IMG/VR virus record: IMGVR_UViG_3300014204_000110
Strand: one strand, 5' to 3'
DNA length: 64,000 nucleotides
Source of the DNA: a virus
Taxonomy: Duplodnaviria; Caudoviricetes
Shown: piece by piece, positions 41,314 to 50,682 of the stretch
Position numbering within the stretch: position 1 is the first letter of the stretch
Layout: each line of letters begins with the position of its first letter
Made by a program: the position numbers and the translations under genes
The notes under the pieces: model-generated
The model's database searches: none
Seen by the model: only the letters and a program-made list of their open reading frames with translations
Told to the model about the DNA's origin: nothing

Positions 41314-43037
41314 TTAACCTCTATCAGGTAAATATTTAATATTATATTGTGAAAAATCCTGTGTAGGAGGCTGTACTTCTGGAATAACAGCAGGATCTAG
41401 ATATCTATCTTCTTTAAAATTACTTATATCAGTATTATCTAATATCTCTTCCCATTGCTTACAGACGTTAACCCAATCAAGCTTTTTAGCAAGTGATATT
41501 CCTTTTTGACTATATTCCTTACATAGTTCTTTACTATCATAAAGACGTTTTATTTGTAATGCTGCTTTAGAAGTATCTGCTATTGCTTTAATAAAATTTG
41601 TTCTTGGTTCATGTTCAATATCTGCAGGATCTACAAACATAAGAGTTCCTTTACCCCAATCAGCCATAGCTGAGTATTTGGTTGTAATTGTTGGTATCCC
41701 AGCACTAATTGATTCTATCAATGTGAGCGCGAAACCTTCAGAATTTGATAAAAGTATATGAGAATCAAAACAATTAATTATTTCATTGAGTTGTTCTTCT
41801 GTTGGACCAAGTCCTGGTTTAAGATTCTTATCAAATATAACTCTGTCTTGTAGATTATAATAAGCAACTAACCATTGTAGATCCCATCCGATTGTATCTT
41901 CTAGGCTACAATGAAAATAACATTTAATTTTACGTCCATTCTTTTCATAACCTTTATCTATAAACTTACGCATAGACATAAGTATTGCATCTTGTCTTTT
42001 ACGTGGTTGACATCTGCTAACACAACCTAATAGAAATGTATTATCAGTTATATCAAAATACTTTTCTCTAAGTTCTTTTTTACGATCTAAACTTAAAGGT
42101 TTCCATACTGAAGTATCTACACCATGAGGTATAACCGAAATATTAGTAAGTTCACGTCCACCTGTTACAATACGACATGTTTTATTTATAACGTTTTTAG
42201 CCCATTCTGTGAACACAATAGGCTTATCTGACATACCAATAGTTTTGATTGTATCAATAGGAGGAAGGCCAGGTCTGTTCTCTGGAGGAATTAAGGTAGG
42301 AAATAGACATTCACTATCTATTGCTAGATATGGCATGAATTTATAGCAAGGTCTATTTTTAAGATGGTTTAAATTATATAAACCCCAGATGTCGTTAATA
42401 GGTATTACAATATCTGGTTTAAAATGTTGTATTACGAAATAACTACTATCATAACCGTAATGATCTTGCATAAAGTTTGGTGCTTTGATGCAAGAACTAT
42501 GATCTGGATGTTCTATAAGATCTGGACCATTAAGTTGTGGTAGAAAATATCTTACTTGTGGATTGTCTTTAGAAACATATTCAATTATATAACCTTTTTT
42601 ACAACATCCAGTATGATCTTTAAGTTGAGAATAATAATCTATAGGATGTCCAACTGGTATTGGTATATCAGAGAATCCTAATTGTGCAATATCATATTTA
42701 CCTGTTTTACATAAATTTTTAATTATGTTATTTGCTACTGCTGCGTAGCCAGTCTTACGTTTTCTTTTTTGTTCAACTAAGTTCGTTAATCTTAGTCCGT
42801 TTGTTAGACAGCTATATGTTACCATATAGATCAGACTATATCATCATCATAGGATGCCCACTGTTTCGAATCACTTGATTCTACGCTGTTACACTCATCG
42901 CAGCTAGTCGTTGCTCTCTGCCTTTCGGCCCAGATCAGAATTGTCCTAATTAGGAGTTTCTCTGAGTTAAGTGGGTTTTAATAGCGCAAAACTTAATTAA
43001 CGCTATCACTTATAAAAAGTATCCGTTTCTTTTTCGT
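41314..43037 (-). CDS. GT4 glycosyltransferase, intron-split: exon 1 43037-43000, exon 2 42763-41314 (495 aa)
   Basis: Spliced N-terminus xKKKRILFISDSV-KRKTGYAAVA restores the GT4 start motif; PHGVD, RCQPRKRQD, SEGFALTLIES; apparent start codon ACG after AAGGGAG. Confidence 0.85.
42764..42999 (-). ncRNA. group I self-splicing intron (236 nt, no ORF, probably subgroup IA)
   Basis: P1: exon ATAGCGT pairs with GCGCTAT (U.G at splice site); P3 CCCACT/AGTGGG; P7 GACTA/TAGTC within GCAACGACTA and GATATAGTCT; P9 CTATATG-GTAA-CATATAG; terminal G; P10 GTTTT/AAAAC; removal restores the frame. Confidence 0.92.
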
Positions 43038-43803
43038 AGAAATCTCCCTTATTAATATTTCCTAAATAAGTTATATTATTTATAACTTTTGTAGTTGCCC
43101 AAAGTGGCTGTAAATTAGACCAATGGAAGCATAATTTTTGGTGATAACTACATTTAAGATTAAATACTGCACATGGAACAATATGATCGATATGTATTTC
43201 ACCATTCATTAATTTTTCCCAAGTCATTCCTTCTGTAAATTTTGATATTATATATTTTTTAAAATTTTCTATAGATATTCCTAATAATTTTAACGCTGAT
43301 GATTTTTTATATTCTTTTTTAACAAGTAACCATAATCTATGTCTTAATAAAGATTTAATTCTATAATTATCATTATTTTTCCAATTAGTTTTATTTCGTT
43401 CTTTTATTTTTTCTTTATTAATTACTCTATAGGTTATCCATTTATCTTTATTGTTTTTACGATATGTAATTATTTTTTCTTGATTATTATCTCTATATTT
43501 TTTATTATGTTCTTTTTTAGTTGTTTGTTTATAATTATCATATTTTTCAGATTTTTTATATATAGTTTGTCTTTTATTAGCAGATTTCTTTCCTACTTCA
43601 GATTTTCGATATTTTTCTTCAGAAATTTTACCTTTTTCTGAATATTTATAAATAATTAAACTTAATCTTTGTAATAAATAAGATAAATCTTTATCAGATT
43701 TTTCTTTAAGATTACTACATTTAGTATGAAAAGATAAATTATTTGGAATTTGTTTTAATTTATCTTCTATTCTAGTTATTTTATTTTTTCTAGATAGACT
43801 CAT
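43006..43803 (-). mobile_element. free-standing HNH homing endonuclease
   Basis: IHIDHIVP...CFHWSNLQPLWA...NINKG; Lys-rich N-terminus; overlaps GT exon 1. Confidence 0.8.
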
Positions 43804-44021
43804 TTAATCGATTTTTTATTTTGTTTTTCTTTTCAGATTTCTTAATATCATTATCAATAAATGAATCAAATGTTTCTTTATCTAGAAAAACTTGAGTTGG
43901 TTTAAGTTCTTCTGATAATATCAAATTTTTAAAATTATCTATTGATTCTTTTTGAGATACTGTAGGTGGAGGACATGGTCGATTAGTAGCGTTTACGTTA
44001 CGTTCTTTTATTTTTCTAAGT

Positions 44022-44237
44022 TCACTCATTTTCAGATTCCTTTATACTTTCTATAAAACTTCGGTATATCTTGCTAATACTACGTTGATTAAGTCCAAAG
44101 AAATCATTACTTTGAGATTTAAAATTTGTACCGTGTATTAGTCTAGAATATACTACTAATTTGCTTTTTAAAGGCAAATGTTTAAATTTATGATATACTA
44201 AATCTTGCAAATCTTTAGGAATCTGTACCTTGTCCAC
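44022..44237 (-). CDS. small helix-turn-helix-like protein
   Basis: LP.KSK.VV...FGLNQRSISKIY resembles sigma region 4; weak. Confidence 0.35.
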   Translation of the reverse strand: MDKVQIPKDLQDLVYHKFKHLPLKSKLVVYSRLIHGTNFKSQSNDFFGLNQRSISKIYRSFIESIKESENE

Positions 44238-44423
44238 TTACAACATCCTTTAAACTAGACACTGCTTTGTTAAAGCTATCTTTAACAGAAACGTTAGAAT
44301 AAACATCAGATAGTTTAACTTCTACTCCATCTATTACCAGAGTATCGTCTTTGTCTAAACTATCAGATATTCGTCCTATTCTTTTGCCTGAACGAGATAC
44401 AATATCAATCATTTTAATTCTCC

Positions 44424-45083
44424 TTATAAAATACTATTTAGTCGATCTAGACCATTTATAAACATTGGTTTACATGTATTTTTACATGAATGACAATGTT
44501 CTCCAGGTGTTCTGTTACGACTTTTTGTTACCACTTTAAGATAACCTCTATTCGTTATAGTATAAGCTATATCGTTGTTTTTTATAAGGTAGAAAGAATT
44601 TGATTGTACATTGAAAATCAGACAATCGTTGGTTTTATTTTTAAGGATATTATAAATATAGTTACATTGTGAGTAAAAGGCAAGTTCTTTCTGCATTTCT
44701 TGCAAAGATCTGAAACAAAAGTGAACATTTATATTTTTATTCTCTAAAATACCTCCAATATTACATTGAATACGACTTTTATAAACGACGGTGTCGTAAA
44801 TATTAGTTAATTTATTAGTTTCTAGAAACTTGTTTATATTAATAGCACAGGTAAGACAAGTATTTTTATAACTTTCACGATCTGCTTTATACACGTATCT
44901 TATACCTGTATAAGCAGTTGATGAAAAGTATTCAGTAAAAGACTTTAAAAAGTTATTAGAATGATTTTTAAGTAACTTGGTAAATAATATATCTATATAT
45001 TTAATATAATTATCGTTTTCTAGATAATAATAACATTTATATAATCTATTATATAACGTCTTACTAAGTACTTTGTCTGGCAA
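44424..45083 (-). CDS. hypothetical protein, possibly a degenerate nuclease with C-terminal Cys cluster
   Basis: PGEHCHSCKNTC. Confidence 0.35.
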   Translation of the reverse strand: MPDKVLSKTLYNRLYKCYYYLENDNYIKYIDILFTKLLKNHSNNFLKSFTEYFSSTAYTGIRYVYKADRESYKNTCLTCAININKFLETNKLTNIYDTVVYKSRIQCNIGGILENKNINVHFCFRSLQEMQKELAFYSQCNYIYNILKNKTNDCLIFNVQSNSFYLIKNNDIAYTITNRGYLKVVTKSRNRTPGEHCHSCKNTCKPMFINGLDRLNSIL

Positions 45084-45342
45084 CTTTCATTCTCTTTCTT
45101 CTTTTAATTTCTAATTGAATAACTTTAAGTGATAGTTTTTTATCTTGAACTAAATTTAAAAGTTTAATTCTTGTATTTATTCCATCATATCTACGTTCAT
45201 CAAATATTAGTCCTAGAGTTAACGGAACTATACTTTCTAGGTATAATTTCATTTGTTTGTCTAATTTAGATATATTTTCATCAAGAAGTTTAGATTCTAA
45301 AGTATCGTTAATATGTACATAATCGCATCTAAGATTTAACAT
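45064..45342 (-). CDS. hypothetical protein (MLNLR N-terminus)
   Basis: 92 aa. Confidence 0.45.
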   Translation of the reverse strand: MLNLRCDYVHINDTLESKLLDENISKLDKQMKLYLESIVPLTLGLIFDERRYDGINTRIKLLNLVQDKKLSLKVIQLEIKRRKRMKVARQST

Positions 45343-45467
45343 TTTACAAACTCTTTATGTCCACAATCTGGACATTTTGATTTTTTATTTTTGAAAGGAT
45401 TACTTCTTCCAGTAACTTTTAATGTAAAATTACACTTATTACATTTATATTCAATTTGTTTTTCCAT
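45336..45467 (-). CDS. Zn-ribbon microprotein (absent from ORF track)
   Basis: YKCNKCN...IKCPDCG. Confidence 0.55.
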   Translation of the reverse strand: MEKQIEYKCNKCNFTLKVTGRSNPFKNKKSKCPDCGHKEFVKC

Positions 45468-46015
45468 TTAATTCTCGTAATGTCTATCTTTTATATAGTT
45501 AATGTTATTTGGAAGAGTTTTAAGTTTTTCTATTACATCATCTAGACTATATGGTTTGAACTGGTTAGTATCAACACCCACATCGAATGATTGTCCTTGT
45601 GATGGTAATGTATTATGGCTATGTCCGTATAACATAGGTGCATTAAAATGGCTACGATTCCATGTGCGCATAGCATAATGGCATAAAGTGATATGCATAT
45701 TATTTATTTTAATTTCAGACATTGTACTTACTGATGTAAATATATGATATTTTCTTGGTTTAATTCTTGAAATATCGTGGTTCCCCAACAGAACGTGTAT
45801 GTACTTATGGTTTAACTGATATAAGAATGGTTCTGGATCAGTCCAACTAAAATCACCAAGATGATATACTGTATCTTGTTTAGATATACAACTGTTCCAA
45901 TTTTTAATTAAAGTATCATTCATTTGTTCAACTGTATCAAATGGACGATTACAGTATTTAATTATATTTGTATGGTTAAAATAACCTAATGAGTATCAGC
46001 AGAGAACCAAATCAT
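45468..46015 (-). pseudogene. calcineurin-like metallophosphoesterase interrupted by an 8-nt insertion containing TAG (pseudogene or recoded)
   Basis: AAGGAG RBS; MIWFSADTH*, then in another frame FNHTNIIKYCNRPF...HLGDF...GNHD...HY...GHSH; removing 45981-45988 gives an intact 179-aa ORF. Confidence 0.8.
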
Positions 46016-46054
46016 TTTGATTCTCCTTTGATACTCTTTATTTTCTTTTCCATG

Positions 46055-48481
46055 TTAATTAATCCTATTTCCAGATGTTAGTTTCTTATGACCAGCGTTT
46101 TGATCTTTAAGAGCTTTTATTGTAGCGTAACTATCTTCAGTTATTTGTAAGTTATAAGTATTTAATCTATATGCAAGTCCACCAGTTTTACCAGTATGTT
46201 TATTTTTAAATACATAAGCCTCTAGATATGGCATTGCTTTTGATCCTTCAGTTCCATATTGACCAGTCCATATAATATTAGTATTTTCATTTACGTTTAA
46301 ATCATTATGTATCATTATAATACTATCGGCGTCATATTCTAGTTGTACAGTGTCTTTAAGATCTGATGGATTAGGTCGACTATTATGATCCATTTTTCTA
46401 AGTTCAACAGTCATCATGATGTGTATATCATATATTCTTGAAAAATCTTTTACTTTTTCTGATAGATGAGATACAGCATCAGTCTTTTGTTTATTTGGAG
46501 GCATTGTTAGTTTATGAAAGTTATCAAGTAAGAATATTTTTTTCTTGTTAGGAAATTCTTTAATGAACCATTCGATGTGAGCTTCCATAGCATCTGGAGT
46601 AGTACCTTCAGTTGCATCAGCCATAATGAGTCTAGATGATAAACGATCATTCCAATGTTTAGCACTAAGTATGATTTCTTGATCTTCTGACATAAGTTTA
46701 GAATATTGCTTAATCTTAGATGTAGAAAATCCAGTCTTTTTAGCTAATGCTTTTAATGTCATAAGATCAGTTGTATCATCAATTGTCATGAAAAATATGG
46801 CTGCTTCTTCATTCTGTTCTACTATATCTACTGCTAATGATTGAAGCCATGAAGTTTTACCTACTGCAGGTTTACCTCCGATAAGTGTAAGATTAGTTGT
46901 ATATGGAACTCCATCATATAACTCTTCAAATTTCTTAAAATGTGGTGCATAAAGGCCATATTGATACTCACCATTTTCAATCTTTTCCCAAAGAGTATTA
47001 CGTTTATCTTCAAAAGTTGATCTGTTATCTAAAACATTATTATATTTAAGCTCAAGATTCTTAATTTTAACAATGGCTTCTTCAAGAATACCTTTAGTGT
47101 CTTTTACTTTTCTTTTACCTAAAGCAGTCTGAACATATTTATTAACATCAGTAAGTTCTTCTATAAGTTTATCTGACTCTAGATTAACTTTAAGATCTAC
47201 TTCTTTCTTTATGTCATCTTTAGATATTCCTGTGAACTTAGCAAGTTCTTTGATCATTTTAAGACGTTTAATACTACTTTCTTCTGCAACAATATTTGGA
47301 ATAATTTCTTCTACTGTTACAAGAGGATCATCTTGAAATGTTTTTTCTTTAAGTGACCATGAAAATGGAGATAAAGCTATGTCTGGATGAGCAAGCTTTT
47401 TAAGAGCATCTAAGCCATATTCGCGGACGTAACTATCTGGATCATATCCTTCTGGTAGTTCTATAATCTTAATTGATTTAAAGATCTGATAAGCAGTAAT
47501 ACGTTCTAATGCAAGCTTAGTACCTTTTTTTCCACCCTCATCACCATCCAATGTAAGACAAATATGCTTTACATTATATCGAGCAAGTAAGTCTACATGT
47601 TGTTCAGTAAAAGCAGTGCTACCAAGAGCTACAACATTTTTAAGACCGCATTGATCTAGATATATTGCATCTAGATATCCTTCTACTATCCATAATGGAC
47701 CACCCGCTGGATCATAGTTATTAAAATTATATAATATCTCACTTTTATTATATATGTCAGAATTAACAGAGTTACAGTATTTACGATCACCTTTTCCATT
47801 AGGAGCAAGATTAGTTGTACGTGTAACAAATCCTACTGCTCGATTTTTATCATCATATATTGGAAGAATGAAACCTTCAGATGTGAATATATCCTTACGA
47901 GCAAGGTCTGCTGATAGAAGCCAATCGTTATCTGTATAACCAATTTTATTCATGGTCTCTAGATATTTATTATATTCACTTACTACACCTATTTTATGCT
48001 TTCTGATGCTTTGTTCTGTAATTCCACGATCTAGAAGATGTTTTATACCAATGTGATCTTTATTAAGATCATTTCCAATATATGACATACCATGTGTAAC
48101 ATTTAAAGCATCTTTTACACCACGACGTTTTTGATAAATGTCTCTAGTTTTGTTGTCTATTTGTATTGGTTCATAATCTACATTGTATTTTTTACATAGA
48201 TAAGGTAATGTGTCCTCATAGAAGGCAATGCTGGAAATTGGATATCCCTCAAGGTAGTGAACAGCATTTAGTATTGTACTATGTGTTCTACATGAAAAAC
48301 AAAAACAAGCTGTATAAGCATGTTCACCACCATCAATAATATGCGTACTAGGATTTGCGTCTGCGTGACCTGGAACTATACATCTGATAAATCCAGCATC
48401 ATTAGGAACACGTCCATGTTCAGCAAGATACTCTAGAAAATGTTTATCTAATTCTTTAAATACATGAGAAAGATCGTTCAT
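46055..48481 (-). CDS. DnaG-type primase / DnaB-type helicase fusion
   Basis: Zn finger C..GH.D.NPS...CFSC; KYCNS; TOPRIM VEGYLD, LDGDEGG, DPD; Walker A GGKPAVGKT; LKDTVQLEYDAD; KNKHTG. Confidence 0.93.
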   Translation of the reverse strand: MNDLSHVFKELDKHFLEYLAEHGRVPNDAGFIRCIVPGHADANPSTHIIDGGEHAYTACFCFSCRTHSTILNAVHYLEGYPISSIAFYEDTLPYLCKKYNVDYEPIQIDNKTRDIYQKRRGVKDALNVTHGMSYIGNDLNKDHIGIKHLLDRGITEQSIRKHKIGVVSEYNKYLETMNKIGYTDNDWLLSADLARKDIFTSEGFILPIYDDKNRAVGFVTRTTNLAPNGKGDRKYCNSVNSDIYNKSEILYNFNNYDPAGGPLWIVEGYLDAIYLDQCGLKNVVALGSTAFTEQHVDLLARYNVKHICLTLDGDEGGKKGTKLALERITAYQIFKSIKIIELPEGYDPDSYVREYGLDALKKLAHPDIALSPFSWSLKEKTFQDDPLVTVEEIIPNIVAEESSIKRLKMIKELAKFTGISKDDIKKEVDLKVNLESDKLIEELTDVNKYVQTALGKRKVKDTKGILEEAIVKIKNLELKYNNVLDNRSTFEDKRNTLWEKIENGEYQYGLYAPHFKKFEELYDGVPYTTNLTLIGGKPAVGKTSWLQSLAVDIVEQNEEAAIFFMTIDDTTDLMTLKALAKKTGFSTSKIKQYSKLMSEDQEIILSAKHWNDRLSSRLIMADATEGTTPDAMEAHIEWFIKEFPNKKKIFLLDNFHKLTMPPNKQKTDAVSHLSEKVKDFSRIYDIHIMMTVELRKMDHNSRPNPSDLKDTVQLEYDADSIIMIHNDLNVNENTNIIWTGQYGTEGSKAMPYLEAYVFKNKHTGKTGGLAYRLNTYNLQITEDSYATIKALKDQNAGHKKLTSGNRIN

Positions 48482-48822
48482 ATCTGATTATTTTCTACTT
48501 TATTTAACATTATGTTTAGTTCATCTAAAATATCATAAGATGATGTTGGACTAAGAATATCGGTAGATTCAATATATTTTAATTGTTGTTTATAAAATTC
48601 TATTCTATCTTTAATATAATCTATAACTTTTTGTTTGGTAACTCTTTGTATATTTGGTGGTGGTGTAGGTGTTGCTGGTCTATCATATTTAATACAATAC
48701 TGACATTCTTTATTTTCTGATTTTAAACAGATTCTACAACCAAATAGAAAAGTTCTTTTAATATTTTTATTATTACAAAATATACCATCATAGGCGAATG
48801 TACAATTTATATTTTTAGGCAT
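48478..48822 (-). CDS. hypothetical Cys-rich protein
   Basis: 114 aa. Confidence 0.45.
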   Translation of the reverse strand: MPKNINCTFAYDGIFCNNKNIKRTFLFGCRICLKSENKECQYCIKYDRPATPTPPPNIQRVTKQKVIDYIKDRIEFYKQQLKYIESTDILSPTSSYDILDELNIMLNKVENNQI

Positions 48823-48823
48823 T

Positions 48824-49042
48824 TTATATTTCTTCTACTACATGTATTTGAGTCACTCTTACTTTACCAGAACCTTTACAATATTTACACTTACTTGGTT
48901 TATTATCTTTTAATTGTATAATACTTCCTTCACCATAACACACTGAACATATTTCAATTTTAGAATATGATTCATTTTCTATAACTTTTTCAGATTGTAT
49001 TGTATAATTTAATTGATATTCTCTTGATATAGTTGTTTTCAT
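48824..49042 (-). CDS. DnaJ-type zinc-finger microprotein
   Basis: CSVCYGEG...CKYCKGSG. Confidence 0.7.
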   Translation of the reverse strand: MKTTISREYQLNYTIQSEKVIENESYSKIEICSVCYGEGSIIQLKDNKPSKCKYCKGSGKVRVTQIHVVEEI

Positions 49043-49569
49043 AATCTTTTTTCTAATAGTTCTGGATGATCTAATTGAGATACTGTTTGTTTTATAAATT
49101 CAGGCCAATGTGGAAGTTTATGATGCTTACGTTGAATTATAATATTTGATAATGTTTTATAATTAAGACACCATTCTCGTTTTTGCATCCAACCTTCTGG
49201 TATTATCTTTTTAACTTCTAAATAATTTTTAGAGTTTATACAAAAATTTATTATTTTTAATGTTTCTGGAAGTACATATTTATCTTCAAAATTATTTACT
49301 GTTAATTCTTTTGATAGTACAGTTGTACTACTTTCACTTTGTTTACTTGACAACCGATAAGTGTCTGCGTCGACCCAAAAATATCTTGGAGCGTCTATAA
49401 GTAACCATACATAGATATGTTCTAGAAACTTATTATGTCCATAATCTTTATCACTAAGATTATTTGCTACTGTAGACATTTTATCTATAGGTTGATTTTT
49501 ATTAAGTGAAAGTCCAAGCATCGCTGCTTCATATCCAGCTTCTTCAAGTTTAGTTACTGTAATTTGCAT
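49039..49569 (-). CDS. ThyX-like protein (divergent, short)
   Basis: GHNKFLE.I.V...I.APRYFW...DTYR, SESS, NYKTL.NI..QRK.HKLPHW. Confidence 0.55.
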   Translation of the reverse strand: MQITVTKLEEAGYEAAMLGLSLNKNQPIDKMSTVANNLSDKDYGHNKFLEHIYVWLLIDAPRYFWVDADTYRLSSKQSESSTTVLSKELTVNNFEDKYVLPETLKIINFCINSKNYLEVKKIIPEGWMQKREWCLNYKTLSNIIIQRKHHKLPHWPEFIKQTVSQLDHPELLEKRL

Positions 49570-49572
49570 AAT

Positions 49573-49986
49573 TTACCAAGATCTATGTTGTTCATGTATA
49601 CTTTCTACACCATCATATTCATCTATTTCCCAAAGTACATCATCTGGAATTTCTCTTATTTCTAATTCTGCACATTCTCCATTAGCTTTTTCTCCTAGAT
49701 GTTCTATAGTTTTAATAAGATCTGGATCATTTCGTTCTATATCTCTACAATAAAAATGATAATTTTTCCAATCATCTGAAGATAAAGTACATTCTTCTCC
49801 AAAATCTTTAGTAAAACAATTATTCCAACTACAAGTTAATGATGATTTAGTTTTATAAAAAGTTTTATCATTGTATGCTTTTTGATAGTAAAAATGACAT
49901 TCTTTACCTTTTAAATTTAAATAATATTTAACTGCTTCATCTGAAAGAGAAAATCCTCCATAACATCGGTTTATTGCTATTTTCAT
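49573..49986 (-). CDS. conserved phage hypothetical protein
   Basis: INRCYGGFSLS...RNDPDL...EIPDDV.W.I.EYDG.E.I.E.HRSW. Confidence 0.65.
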   Translation of the reverse strand: MKIAINRCYGGFSLSDEAVKYYLNLKGKECHFYYQKAYNDKTFYKTKSSLTCSWNNCFTKDFGEECTLSSDDWKNYHFYCRDIERNDPDLIKTIEHLGEKANGECAELEIREIPDDVLWEIDEYDGVESIHEQHRSW

Positions 49987-50330
49987 TAAAAATCTACTCC
50001 ATGTTCAAAATGATCTTTTGTTTTAAATTTTGGTAATATAGTTTCACTAAAAATACATGATGCTCCATCATCTAATGCATTTTCTTCTTCTTCTGATAAG
50101 TTTTCTATATTTGATGAAAAATTATCAAATGAATCAGCGTTTCCATCTGATCCAGAAATTATTTTTAGATTAAGACCAAAAGCTTTTTCATCTATTGGAT
50201 TTAAATGATCTATTATTTCTTTCTCTAATGGAGATAATTTTTTATAAACTTCTACATAGTCTTCTGCTTTAAGACATATCATAAAGCTACTACTTGAACT
50301 GTTACTTACAAAACCATTTCTTATTTTTAT
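49986..50330 (-). CDS. GFVSNSSSSS-motif protein, orphan copy with ATA start
   Basis: AAGGA-N6-ATA AAA ATA AGA AAT GGT TTT GTA AGT AAC AGT TCA AGT AGT AGC TTT ATG, in frame with the 98-aa ORF. Confidence 0.85.
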   Translation of the reverse strand: MKIRNGFVSNSSSSSFMICLKAEDYVEVYKKLSPLEKEIIDHLNPIDEKAFGLNLKIISGSDGNADSFDNFSSNIENLSEEEENALDDGASCIFSETILPKFKTKDHFEHGVDF

Positions 50331-50566
50331 AAAATTTCCTTAACTACACATATCTCTTGTATGTTTCCAACTGTTATTATATTCTTTATCTTTTTTAGCT
50401 TGTTGTTTAGCTTTATCTAAATCGTTTAAGTATTTACATGCTAATCGGGCATCAGATCTAGACAATTTGGCTGTATCATAATTATCAACAGTATAAGTTA
50501 ATATTGTTCCATATTTATCATATACTGGTAAAACTATATATTTATTTTTCATATATTTTTCCTTAT

Positions 50567-50594
50567 AAAAAAAAGGCCAGTATTGCTACTGGCC
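50567..50594 (-). terminator. Rho-independent terminator after tRNA-Asn
   Basis: GGCCAGTA-GCAA-TACTGGCC followed by T8. Confidence 0.9.
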
Positions 50595-50597
50595 AAA

Positions 50598-50676
50598 TGG
50601 CTGACTCCCTGGGACTTGAACCCAGAACCTTTTGATTAACAATCAAATGCTTACTGCCAAATTGAGCTAGGAGTCA
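50598..50676 (-). tRNA. tRNA-Asn(GUU)
   Basis: TGACTCC/GGAGTCA acceptor, TTTGA-TTGTTAA-TCAAA, CTGGG-TTCAAGT-CCCAG, G discriminator, CCA. Confidence 0.93.
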
Positions 50677-50682
50677 ATAAAA

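Noticed and set aside
42764-42825. ORF-track N-terminus MVTYSCLTNG... of the 503-aa GT
   Set aside because: Lies within the group I intron (P9 region); the true N-terminus is in exon 1
49039-49569. Assigning the gene symbol thyX
   Set aside because: The canonical RHRxxSxxxxSxR motif is not intact, so only a ThyX-like call is supportable
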